This document shows positions 1 through 8,572 of a stretch of 32,000 nt of DNA, piece by piece. The notes under the pieces are model-generated. The model was not told the DNA's origin. It made no database searches and worked only from the letters and a program-made list of their open reading frames with translations. Within the stretch, counting starts at the first letter, position 1, and every line of letters begins with the position of its first letter. The stretch comes from Ignicoccus islandicus DSM 13165 (GTDB lineage Archaea; Thermoproteota; Thermoprotei_A; Sulfolobales; Ignicoccaceae): contig NZ_CP006867.1 in NCBI RefSeq assembly GCF_001481685.1, positions 690,001-722,000 on the forward strand, written 5' to 3'. Both the position numbers and the translations under genes were made by a program.

Positions 1-168
1 ACGGCGTACCAATTGCTCCGTTCTACGAACCTCCCAACAGTAGTCAAGTTAGCTCGAGCGTGCCCTCAACTCCTCTAGCAGTATTCCTTTACCCCTTACT
101 TAGATCTATTAGGAACTATATGATAAGGAAAATCAGGTAGCGTTTTAACTAATACGTCCTTCCGCTCC

Positions 169-1116
169 TTGACTGATAGAGGCGAGAAGCAAGTGAACGA
201 CCTCGAGCTATACTTGAAGGCCGGTGAGGCCGTTTCCAAGGCTCTTGAACGAGGTTTCGAGTTAGTAAAACCCAACGCGAGCGTTCTGGAGATATGCGAA
301 GAAGTGGAAGACGTTATTAGGAAACTGTCAGATGGTCCAGCCTTCCCATGTAACCTGAGCGTTTCCTATGAAGCGGCGCACTATTCACCTATACCAGACG
401 ACAACAAGAAACTGCCCGAGAAAGGTATAGTAAAACTTGACTTAGGCGCACATGTACAAGGCAGGATAGCGGATGCAGCTATAAGCATTGTTCTAGACGA
501 AAGCGTTAAGAAGCACGTGAAACTGTCTAACGCCGTTAAAATGGCATTACATAGAGCTATCGAGAAAGTCAAACCGAACGTACCGGTCGCTCTAATCGGT
601 TCTACCATTAACTATACGCTTAAGAAGGAGGGTTTCAAGCCTATCAGGAACTTAGGTGGACACAGTCTGGGTTTGTACTTAGTTCACTCGGGCGTAAGCA
701 TTCCCAACGTACCGGAGAGACTACCATTTAGATTAGAGAAAGGAGGTGCTTATGCAATAGAACCGTTCGGTACGGATGGTGCGGGATACGTTGTAGAGGG
801 AGAAGAAGTAACGATATTCTCGCTAAATCCTCGACCCCCGAAACACTCCTTACTAAAGGTAAGCGATGAGGAGAAACATTTAATGGTTGAAATAGAAAAT
901 AGGTTCAAGACGTTACCATTCTCTCCGCGATGGCTGCTAGACGTTTACCCCTATGATAGACTGATCGAAATATTAGCGTCATTGACCAAGAAGGGAATTC
1001 TGATAGATTACCCCGTGTTACTAGAGGCGAAGAGAGGAGAAGTAGCTCAATGGGAACACACTATACTTATAACTGATAAGGAAGCGATCGTCACCACGAA
1101 GACTTCTTTGCATTGA
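169..1116 (+). CDS. map: Methionine aminopeptidase, type 2 (archaeal type)
   Basis: 315-aa ORF with a pita-bread-fold MetAP pattern: LKAGEAVSKAL near the N-terminus, then HYSP, DLGAHV, GHSLG..HSG.SIPN, YAIEPF and WEHT. The start is ambiguous: TTG 169 or in-frame GTG 193. Confidence 0.88.
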   Translation: MTDRGEKQVNDLELYLKAGEAVSKALERGFELVKPNASVLEICEEVEDVIRKLSDGPAFPCNLSVSYEAAHYSPIPDDNKKLPEKGIVKLDLGAHVQGRIADAAISIVLDESVKKHVKLSNAVKMALHRAIEKVKPNVPVALIGSTINYTLKKEGFKPIRNLGGHSLGLYLVHSGVSIPNVPERLPFRLEKGGAYAIEPFGTDGAGYVVEGEEVTIFSLNPRPPKHSLLKVSDEEKHLMVEIENRFKTLPFSPRWLLDVYPYDRLIEILASLTKKGILIDYPVLLEAKRGEVAQWEHTILITDKEAIVTTKTSLH

Positions 1117-1131
1117 TCTTACGGTGAGAGG

Positions 1132-2250
1132 TTGTTCGGAGAATGGTTCTTGTTAAGGCCTGATGCAATAAGTGTGTGGAAGGATCCTGAAGTAAATAGA
1201 AGACTGAAATGGTATAAATCAGTAATGCTTAACAAGAGGCAAGCGAAGTTCCTAATAGCTAGGTCGATCCCGAGCGGTTATACCTTCAAAGAATTAACGA
1301 AACTAACAGAGGAAGAACTCTGGAGACTACACTCATCCTTAAAGAAGGAATTCTCGTATAAGTGGGAAGAGGCTAGGAAGGGCGAATGGTTCAAAACAGT
1401 AGAAGGTAACTTCCTAGACTTGAAGGCCGTTCTTGTACGGAAACTGGTATCGCCGAAATGTCGCTTGTGCGAAAGGCGTTGCAACGTTGATCGATCAAAG
1501 AGAATAGGTGCTTGTTTCGTTGACGATAAAGTTTACGTGCATTCGGCGTTTCTTCATTTAGGCGAGGAAGCGCCGTTGGTACCGTCAGGCACCATTTTCT
1601 ACGGGGGTTGTCCGTTTAAGTGCGTCTTTTGTCAGAATTGGGACGTGAGTCAAGCTAACGCTAGGAACGGACAGATTACGTACGCGAAAGAACTTGCTAG
1701 AATACAAGAAGGTCTTAGATTAGAGGGAGCTAGGAACGTGAATCACGTAGGTGGAGATCCTATTCCATCAGCTCACGAAATAGTTTCTTCAATGAGATTT
1801 TTGAACGTAAACGTTCCACAACTATGGAACAGCAACATGTATATGACTTCCGAATTGATGGATATAATAGAGGATCTGATAGACATATGGCTCCCCGACT
1901 TCAAATACTGGAACGATAATTGCGCATTGAGACTCTCAGGTGTGAAGAATTATAGAGAAGTGGTCACTAGAAACATCGAAAGAGCCTCAAAGAGCGGAGA
2001 CGTGATAATAAGGCATCTAATACTACCGAACCATCTGGAATGCGACACTTTCCCCATACTTGAGTGGATAGCTAAGAACTTGAAAGACAAGGTCCTAGTC
2101 AATATTATGGATCAATACAGACCCGAATATTTGGTGCTAAGGTATCCCGAAAGGTGGCCAGATATCGCACGAACACCGACTCTCGAGGAAGTAAGGGCGG
2201 CTAGGGAGTATGCATCGGAATTAGGAATTGTATGGGAGCCCGTGAGCTAA
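1132..2250 (+). CDS. Radical SAM enzyme, PflX-like (pyruvate formate-lyase-activase related)
   Basis: 372-aa ORF with the CPFKCVFCQNW motif (CxxxCxxC radical-SAM cluster), preceded by a CRLCERRC cysteine cluster. TTG start 16 nt after the map stop. Confidence 0.8.
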   Translation: MFGEWFLLRPDAISVWKDPEVNRRLKWYKSVMLNKRQAKFLIARSIPSGYTFKELTKLTEEELWRLHSSLKKEFSYKWEEARKGEWFKTVEGNFLDLKAVLVRKLVSPKCRLCERRCNVDRSKRIGACFVDDKVYVHSAFLHLGEEAPLVPSGTIFYGGCPFKCVFCQNWDVSQANARNGQITYAKELARIQEGLRLEGARNVNHVGGDPIPSAHEIVSSMRFLNVNVPQLWNSNMYMTSELMDIIEDLIDIWLPDFKYWNDNCALRLSGVKNYREVVTRNIERASKSGDVIIRHLILPNHLECDTFPILEWIAKNLKDKVLVNIMDQYRPEYLVLRYPERWPDIARTPTLEEVRAAREYASELGIVWEPVS

Positions 2251-2269
2251 GAGGTAATACCTTATACGT

Positions 2270-4423
2270 ATGATGAAGCTAAAGGGCAGAATAAGAGTGA
2301 AGCTCAGCAGGTTAAGAGCACCAGAAGAATTAGCGAAGTTAACTATTACGTTAGCGATAGTCGTTTCAATAATAGTCGCATTAGCAATAGTTTACGTTAA
2401 CCTAACTGATATAGCGATTGTGATGGTTAACGGAGACGTAATATTAAAGGGAAAAGTTAGCTCGAACGAGGTCTTATATGCTTATGTAATTAGAGAAAGC
2501 GCGCGTCCACTAATCTCTTATATTGACCCGAGTTTACCATTAATCAAGTACCCGCTTATTGCGCTCGATGACGAAGCCACCGTTATTGACGCTATTCCTC
2601 TCGTAACATGTGAGACCTACACGAGACTCATAAAAAATGAGGTAATTGCAACCTATATGTGTAATGGAAAATCCTTCATGAAGGTAGTATCACCCCAATT
2701 GTCCACCATTTCATTAATTGGAGGTAACGTAACTTCGATTTCTTTGGAATTCTTCCCTAATCATTTGCTAAGTTATGATTTCGATAGTACTACTCTTAGG
2801 ATGAAAGCGCTTCTCCCATTTCTAAATATGAGCTATACTCTCTCACTAAAACTGAAAGGATGTTCTATAATGAACGTTAAAGCGACTCCTTGGAGTAAGT
2901 TAATAATATACACACAACCTACAGCGAATAGTTGTAAGATAGAGTTACGTAACCTAAGTTTATGTTTCGAAGGTATTACTGAATATATGGAGAAAAGCTG
3001 TCAACCCTCACCTTTATTCGTGAGGTTTCTTGCTTATTCTATGAACGGATTAATGAACGTGATTGCGATCATAATAATGCCCCTGATCGCAGTAATTACG
3101 TGGAGAAAAATAAGAAACGAGTTGAGAACCCCACGTGGTTTCTTCGTCTTCGTCATTTTAATGAGCTTCATGGGATCAATAACTGCTCTTCATTGGGATG
3201 CCATAATGAGTTACTATTTCGCTAAGTATTCTTTCGATCCTATTTCTCTCTATAAATGGACTTATTCGAATCAACTGATGGCTAAGGTGAAGCTCCCGAG
3301 CCATTATCCTATGTTCGCAGGCTACACATACATAACGCCTTGGATAGCCATTCTATTATTCCCACTCTCATTTATTCAATCGCTTTTCAATCCAACAGGT
3401 TTTCTATATACTCTTACGCCGGATGCGTTAACTCTCGGTATGTACTCACTTTGGACGTTTAAACTCAATCACCTAATATACTATTTTACACTAGGATTAT
3501 GGTTCGGCATTTTCTTGTATGCCACATATCTTATTGCGAAAAGGATATTTGAAGAAGAGAAAGTATTGATGTTTATGTATTCGCCCTTTACCGTTCTAAT
3601 AACATTTTATTGGAAGATGTTTGAACCAATGCTTCTACTCTTTTTAGTCTTAGTGATATATATGGTTTCAAAAAGTAAGAAGCATTACTTGATTTCCGGC
3701 TTCTTTGGTGGAATCGTTACTACTAAAGTATATGGAACTATCTACCTTCTCCCTTTTATAAAATATATTTCTAAGAGGAAATTGGTTTTAGCTCTCCTTG
3801 GCATATTAATTTCCTATATTCCTTCTTTAATAATAGTAAAGAGCCTCGGATTGGATAAATTCATTTTCATTACGTTGTACTATCAAAGCCATAGAGAGAT
3901 AGCAGCGGTTAACTACTTCCCACTGATTCTAGGGGAGCCTATTAAAATAATAACCTCGTTCGGTAACTTGGCTATGGTAATTGAAATATTTCTATTTGTC
4001 TTAGTGTTTGCGCTTTTCTTAAAGTACGGTCGTATAAGATCTATAAGAGATCATCTAATCTGGTCTATTGCAATGATAGTCCCTTATATGATTTTCAACA
4101 AAATCGTTTCGCCTCAAAACTACTTGTTTATGTTATTTTCACTCTACGTATTAGGTTTAACAGAACTGGCGAACTTGCTTTCAATCACTCTAACCCTTTA
4201 CGTAATTTCGGTGTTTCCAACCGTTTTCTACTTTGCACTTTCTGGAATGACGTATTTGGGTAAGTACTATTTCTATGCTAAGGGCAGTGTGTTTTCAGTT
4301 ATTGCCTACCTCTTCGAAGCCTTTGTTAGACCAATAGCTTGGTCCTTTTTGGTTGCCATGATAATTGTTATCAATGGAATCGCTTTAATGAGGGTACTAG
4401 AAGAAGCCCTCACGGAGAAATAA
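2270..4423 (+). CDS. Large polytopic membrane protein, function unknown (GT-C-like topology is only a guess)
   Basis: 717-aa ORF. It has an N-terminal hydrophobic anchor, then a roughly 230-aa non-hydrophobic Cys/N-x-S/T-containing domain, then many long hydrophobic segments rich in F/Y/L/I. I recognised no catalytic motif (no WWDYG). Confidence 0.6.
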   Translation: MMKLKGRIRVKLSRLRAPEELAKLTITLAIVVSIIVALAIVYVNLTDIAIVMVNGDVILKGKVSSNEVLYAYVIRESARPLISYIDPSLPLIKYPLIALDDEATVIDAIPLVTCETYTRLIKNEVIATYMCNGKSFMKVVSPQLSTISLIGGNVTSISLEFFPNHLLSYDFDSTTLRMKALLPFLNMSYTLSLKLKGCSIMNVKATPWSKLIIYTQPTANSCKIELRNLSLCFEGITEYMEKSCQPSPLFVRFLAYSMNGLMNVIAIIIMPLIAVITWRKIRNELRTPRGFFVFVILMSFMGSITALHWDAIMSYYFAKYSFDPISLYKWTYSNQLMAKVKLPSHYPMFAGYTYITPWIAILLFPLSFIQSLFNPTGFLYTLTPDALTLGMYSLWTFKLNHLIYYFTLGLWFGIFLYATYLIAKRIFEEEKVLMFMYSPFTVLITFYWKMFEPMLLLFLVLVIYMVSKSKKHYLISGFFGGIVTTKVYGTIYLLPFIKYISKRKLVLALLGILISYIPSLIIVKSLGLDKFIFITLYYQSHREIAAVNYFPLILGEPIKIITSFGNLAMVIEIFLFVLVFALFLKYGRIRSIRDHLIWSIAMIVPYMIFNKIVSPQNYLFMLFSLYVLGLTELANLLSITLTLYVISVFPTVFYFALSGMTYLGKYYFYAKGSVFSVIAYLFEAFVRPIAWSFLVAMIIVINGIALMRVLEEALTEK

Positions 4424-4425
4424 AG

Positions 4426-4884
4426 TTGGTATGTGTAGCTATAGTTGATACGACCTTCTCTAGGGTAGACATGGCGTCGGAAGCGATAAAGGTTTTGAGG
4501 AAAAAGGTTCCTGGACTCAAAGTAAAACGGTATACAGTGCCTGGCATAAAGGACATTGCAGTAGCAGTAAAGAAACTATTCGACGAAGGATGCGACGCAG
4601 CAATGACCTTCGGGTGGGTTGGGCCTACTCAAACAGATAAGTACTCTTACTTAGCTATGTCCATAGCCTTACAAATGGTTCAGATAAACTATGGACGACA
4701 CGTAATAGACGTAACTGTTCATGAAGACGAAGCTGAACCAATTAAGTTGAAGGAAATAGCACTAGGAAGGGCGCGGGAACACGCCGAGAACCTCGCAGTA
4801 ATTCTAACTAAGGGCCCTCAAGGCTTAACGCCTCTCGCCGGAACCGGTCAAAGACAAGGTTGGCCTGATGTAGGACCTCTATGA
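4426..4884 (+). CDS. ribC: Riboflavin synthase, archaeal type
   Basis: VAIVDTTFSRVDMAS, VPGIKD, VHEDEA and RAREHAEN match the archaeal (MJ1184-type) riboflavin synthase from memory. The ORF-track start 4339 overlaps the upstream gene by 85 nt. TTG at 4426, directly after the upstream stop, gives the expected N-terminus. Confidence 0.85.
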   Translation: MVCVAIVDTTFSRVDMASEAIKVLRKKVPGLKVKRYTVPGIKDIAVAVKKLFDEGCDAAMTFGWVGPTQTDKYSYLAMSIALQMVQINYGRHVIDVTVHEDEAEPIKLKEIALGRAREHAENLAVILTKGPQGLTPLAGTGQRQGWPDVGPL

Positions 4885-4932
4885 AGGGTTGGTATATTTA
4901 ACCTTCAAGATGAATTTCCCTTTGGTGTCTGC

Positions 4933-5319
4933 TTGAAGAAGAAACCCAGTACGGAAAAGAGCAAGGAAGTGACGCTTCCCGGCGAAGGCGAAGTGTTGTG
5001 TATAGTTGAGAGAATAATAGGAGCTGACTACGCACTGATTAGGTGTCTTGACGATCCAGAGAGAGTTAGGAAAGCTAGAATCCCCGGAAGAATGAGAAGG
5101 AGAGTTTGGATAAGAGAAGGAGATATAGTAATTGCTGCAGTATGGGACTTCCAGCCAGATAGGGCTGACATTACTTATAGGTATCAACGAGACGAATTGA
5201 AGAGACTTATTGCAAAGGGTTTGTTACCCAAGGAAATAGCCGAATTAGCTAACATAACTGAAGAAGAAATTCAAGCTACCTTACAGCAACTCACAATGGA
5301 GGAGGGTGAGGAGGAGTGA
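4933..5319 (+). CDS. eif1a: Translation initiation factor aIF-1A
   Basis: 128-aa ORF with the S1/OB-fold signature LPGEGEVLC.V......Y.L.RC.D...R.ARIPGRMRRRVWIREGDIV. TTG start about 35 nt downstream of a TATATTTAA box (4892-4900). Confidence 0.9.
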   Translation: MKKKPSTEKSKEVTLPGEGEVLCIVERIIGADYALIRCLDDPERVRKARIPGRMRRRVWIREGDIVIAAVWDFQPDRADITYRYQRDELKRLIAKGLLPKEIAELANITEEEIQATLQQLTMEEGEEE

Positions 5320-6245
5320 GCAAGAAAGTGGATGAGTTCGTAACGAAAACCGAGGAAGAACTCGAAAAGCCTACCGAGGAGGAACTAGAGGAACTAGAAA
5401 AGGAGTTAGAGGAAGAGACGGAGGAAGAAGAGCTGCTCGAGGAAGTAGAGGAGAAGAGCCCACCACCCAAGGAATTAGTTCAGAAGAGAAAGTTCTTAAA
5501 GCGTCAAAAGGATAAGGACATGTTTGAAACTGTAGAGGAGGTATTCGATACCTCAACTCTTATGGCTGTTTACGAACTGATGAGGAGAGGCGTTATAGGT
5601 GAACTTTTCGGAACGATCTCTGCAGGGAAGGAGGCTAGGGTTTACTGTGCAAAGTCTCCGGAAGGAAAGGATCTCGCAGTAAAGATATATCTAACTAACA
5701 CAGCCGAGTTCAGGAAAGGCATCAGGAAATACATTCTAGGAGACCCTCGCTTCGAACAAATAGCTAACAGAGGACTTAGGAGACTTATCTACGCATGGGC
5801 TAGGAAGGAGTTTAGGAACTTGAAGAGATTCGCTAAGGCTGGTATTAGGGTACCGGAGCCTATATCTGTCTATAAAAACGTACTCGTAATGGAGTTCATT
5901 GGTGAGAACTGCAAACGTGCCCCACTCTTAGTCGAGCTAGCCAAACCAGAGAACAAGCTAAGCACTGAAGAATGGCAAAAGATATTCGATACGGTCGTTG
6001 ATTACATGGTCAAAATGTATCAGAAAGCTAAATTAGTACACGCGGACTTAAACGAGTTCAATATAATGTACTGGCAAGGCGAACCTGTAATAATAGACGT
6101 CAGTCAAGCGGTACCTCTAAGCCACCCCTATGCAGACGAGTTCTTAAGACACGACATACAGCAAATTAGGAGGTTCTTCAGTTCCGTTGGCGTGGAGGTT
6201 CCTAGCTTCGCCGAACTTTACTCTAAGATAACTGGCATGGAATGA
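5316..6245 (+). CDS. rio1: RIO-type serine protein kinase (Rio1)
   Basis: 309-aa ORF with RIO-domain motifs: ISAGKEARVY, LAVKIY, VLVMEFIG, HADLNEFNIM and IIDVSQAV. It has a Glu-rich low-complexity N-terminus. The GTG start overlaps the aIF-1A stop (GTGA). Confidence 0.9.
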   Translation: MSKKVDEFVTKTEEELEKPTEEELEELEKELEEETEEEELLEEVEEKSPPPKELVQKRKFLKRQKDKDMFETVEEVFDTSTLMAVYELMRRGVIGELFGTISAGKEARVYCAKSPEGKDLAVKIYLTNTAEFRKGIRKYILGDPRFEQIANRGLRRLIYAWARKEFRNLKRFAKAGIRVPEPISVYKNVLVMEFIGENCKRAPLLVELAKPENKLSTEEWQKIFDTVVDYMVKMYQKAKLVHADLNEFNIMYWQGEPVIIDVSQAVPLSHPYADEFLRHDIQQIRRFFSSVGVEVPSFAELYSKITGME

Positions 6246-6267
6246 CGTGGTTAAATTCGATGATGAG

Positions 6268-6993
6268 TCATGCCCGGAACGAGTTTTTCGATGACTTAAA
6301 AAACTTCCTCTGAACGCCCCATTCGCTAGGCCAAGGTACGTATTTCCATAACTTGTACCTTATTGGTACAATTAATTTACGCAAAGTATTGAGCGAATTG
6401 CTCTTTACGTAACCTGGAAAGCCGTAAAAGCACTTCCCCGGCTCGAGATCTATGTCCCAACACCCCTCTTTAGGAAGATCAATTAAAATGGGTGCTTCCG
6501 TAAGTCTATTCCCTATAACTTTCCCAGGAACCTCGTAGTACTTAGCGCACCCCAATATGGGGACGGTAACCCAACAGCAATGGAACGGAACTTCCTTTAC
6601 TATTAAGAAAGGAACGCCTAACTCCTCCTTTAACCTCTCCAGCGCTCTCTCAGGTTCCGTTAATACTTTAAATCCATTCTCACTTAAGAAAGCTGGCTCT
6701 ATGAAGTACCTCTCACCCCTCTTCACTACTATGGCCCTTCCGTGCAATTTGTAAAGGCCTTTCGATAACGGGACGGGGTCCACTTCCTCGTAGGGTACTT
6801 CGAGGAAATCTATTACTTCGCCTACTCTCATGCTAGCCTCTACTCTAGATGGTTCTAAACCGTATATAGAAGCTATAACCTTGGCCTTCAAGCTGTATTC
6901 GTTCCATTTAATTTCGGTTAAGAAATCATCCATTTCCGAAATATGACAGATCAAACCCTTTTTCGCTTCCCTATAACTTTTCAATCTCTTCAA
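6268..6993 (-). CDS. Hypothetical Cys-rich protein, co-oriented and overlapping with the metallophosphoesterase gene
   Basis: 241-aa ORF. Its TTG start overlaps the upstream stop (TTGA). Cysteine pairs are present (FHCCW..C, EGCW..GKC). I recognised no family. Confidence 0.55.
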   Translation of the reverse strand: MKRLKSYREAKKGLICHISEMDDFLTEIKWNEYSLKAKVIASIYGLEPSRVEASMRVGEVIDFLEVPYEEVDPVPLSKGLYKLHGRAIVVKRGERYFIEPAFLSENGFKVLTEPERALERLKEELGVPFLIVKEVPFHCCWVTVPILGCAKYYEVPGKVIGNRLTEAPILIDLPKEGCWDIDLEPGKCFYGFPGYVKSNSLNTLRKLIVPIRYKLWKYVPWPSEWGVQRKFFKSSKNSFRA

Positions 6994-7781
6994 TAGTATT
7001 CCCTCTCACCTAGCTTGACCTCTACGTGATCGCCCTCCAAATCTATTATAGCGAAGTATAGCTTGCCCCATTCGGCTTCCGAACCTGGATTAACGACTAC
7101 GGTTCTACCTATCTTCCCGTAGCCTCTGGATTCGTGTATGTGACCGTGAAGTGATAGCAACGGTTGCTTTTCCTCAATCCATTTTCGGACGGAAGTGGAT
7201 CCCACGTGGCCTCCGCCGTGATAGTTACTCACATCTACAACTCCTCTCGGTGGAGTATGTGAAACTAAGATATCTGCTTCGTGAGGTAAGCATTCCCATA
7301 CGTCCTCCTCGCTCCCCTCTCTATAAGTTCCAAAAGGAGTATATGGCACTAGACTGCATCCGTCTATTCTCAACCCCCTAAAATCCATAGGCTTGGAAGC
7401 CTCCTTCAAGGCCTCGTTCATAAGCCAATGGTCAACGTTTCCAGCAATTACGAAGTAATTGATATCGTGCAGAGATTCCAACCACTGTTTCACCCTATCG
7501 TGAGCTGCTTTAGCTAACAAACCCGGAGCCCTGGCTTCTATTTCCCTATTGCTCGCATCTACCACGTAACCTCCAGACGCCTCGAACTTATCTCTCCCCA
7601 TTGATAGATCCTTACGTCTTCCCCATACGCATTTGCAAACTGAATCTAAATTACAAACGCACTTACCCGTTAGGTCTCCTGAGACAATTAGTAGGTCCGC
7701 TCCTAATTCTCTGTATAGTCTTTTAGTCAATTCGAAAGCTTTCGTTGATCCGTGAAGGTCGCTTACGTGAAGGATCCTCAA
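6990..7781 (-). CDS. Metallophosphoesterase (calcineurin-like)
   Basis: 263-aa ORF with ILHVSDLHG, SGDLTG, AGNVDH, SHTPP and HGHIHE, the canonical metallophosphoesterase motif series. Confidence 0.82.
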   Translation of the reverse strand: MRILHVSDLHGSTKAFELTKRLYRELGADLLIVSGDLTGKCVCNLDSVCKCVWGRRKDLSMGRDKFEASGGYVVDASNREIEARAPGLLAKAAHDRVKQWLESLHDINYFVIAGNVDHWLMNEALKEASKPMDFRGLRIDGCSLVPYTPFGTYREGSEEDVWECLPHEADILVSHTPPRGVVDVSNYHGGGHVGSTSVRKWIEEKQPLLSLHGHIHESRGYGKIGRTVVVNPGSEAEWGKLYFAIIDLEGDHVEVKLGEREYY

Positions 7782-7823
7782 AGCTATAACGCCCCGAGAG
7801 TAGTTGAATATCGAAAGTTATTA

Positions 7824-7881
7824 GGGGATGAAGAGTGACTCCAATTCAGAGAGATGAAGAGTTTCCGCCCCTCCTGATCCC
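7824..7881 (+). ncRNA. Box C/D sRNA (2'-O-methylation guide)
   Basis: The layout reads in order as follows. GGGG terminal stem. C box gATGAAGA (7828-7834). A 12-nt guide GTGACTCCAATT. D' box CAGA (7847-7850). A 3-nt spacer. C' box ATGAAGA (7854-7860). A 13-nt guide GTTTCCGCCCCTC. D box CTGA (7874-7877). TCCC terminal stem. The boxes are duplicated and the spacing and total length of about 58 nt fit archaeal C/D sRNAs. The element lies in a divergent intergenic region. Confidence 0.7.
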
Positions 7882-7930
7882 TCAAATACATGAACCCTAG
7901 CCACAGACTGCTTTTAGATGGGAGTCTAAG

Positions 7931-8527
7931 ATGCGCGCTGGTGTTTTAGCCTTACAAGGTGGTGTAGTGGAACATTTACATATGTTAAAGAAAGCAGCAG
8001 AGAAGCTTTCGATCAATGTTGAATTGATTGAGGTTAGGAGCAAGAGCGACTTAGAGCAAGTAGACGTATTAGTAATACCCGGTGGCGAAAGTACTGCTAT
8101 TTATAGACTCTCTAAGAGGTTGGGATTGATAGAACCCCTCAAGGAGAAGATACTGGAGGGAACGCCTACTCTCGGAACATGCGCTGGTGCAGCCGCTTTG
8201 GCTAAACAAGTAGTTGACGCGCAAAGTCATAAGGAATATGAACCTATCCTGGGCGTAATGGACGTAAAGGTGATCAGAAACTATTTTGGAAGACAAAGAG
8301 AAAGTTTCGAAGCAGACCTTAATATCAATGGTATAGGCCAATTCAGAGGAATCTTCATACGAGCACCCGTTATTGAACCGCTTAGTAGTAGCGTTGAAGT
8401 GCTTGCTAAGTTCAAGGACGTAACAGTGGCAGCGAGACAAGGCAACGTCATCGCCACTTCTTTCCATCCAGAACTCACGTCCGATACTAGAATCCATCAG
8501 ATGCTATTTGAGATGGTAAAGAAATAA
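7931..8527 (+). CDS. pdxT: Pyridoxal 5'-phosphate synthase, glutaminase subunit PdxT
   Basis: 198-aa ORF with GVLALQGG..EH, VIPGGEST, GTCAG (catalytic Cys) and FHPELT motifs. Confidence 0.9.
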   Translation: MRAGVLALQGGVVEHLHMLKKAAEKLSINVELIEVRSKSDLEQVDVLVIPGGESTAIYRLSKRLGLIEPLKEKILEGTPTLGTCAGAAALAKQVVDAQSHKEYEPILGVMDVKVIRNYFGRQRESFEADLNINGIGQFRGIFIRAPVIEPLSSSVEVLAKFKDVTVAARQGNVIATSFHPELTSDTRIHQMLFEMVKK

Positions 8528-8572
8528 AACTATTTAAAATATGAGATAATCTCCCTTTTAGGAAACGAAGTA

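Noticed and set aside
1-47. Open minus-strand frame starting at TTG 47-45 and running off the left edge (MTTVGRFVERSNWYA...).
   Set aside because: Only 15 codons are visible, which is too little to support a gene call.
4339-4425. The 5' extension of the ribC ORF, overlapping the 717-aa membrane-protein gene by 85 nt.
   Set aside because: The homologous N-terminus of archaeal riboflavin synthase begins just before VAIVDTTF. TTG 4426 sits right after the upstream stop.
5316-5470. Glu-rich low-complexity coding tract at the rio1 N-terminus and the acidic aIF-1A C-terminus, considered as a possible repeat element.
   Set aside because: It is an imperfect GAG/GAA-rich coding region within well-supported genes. 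Acidic tails are common in these proteins, and there is no DNA-level tandem repeat unit.
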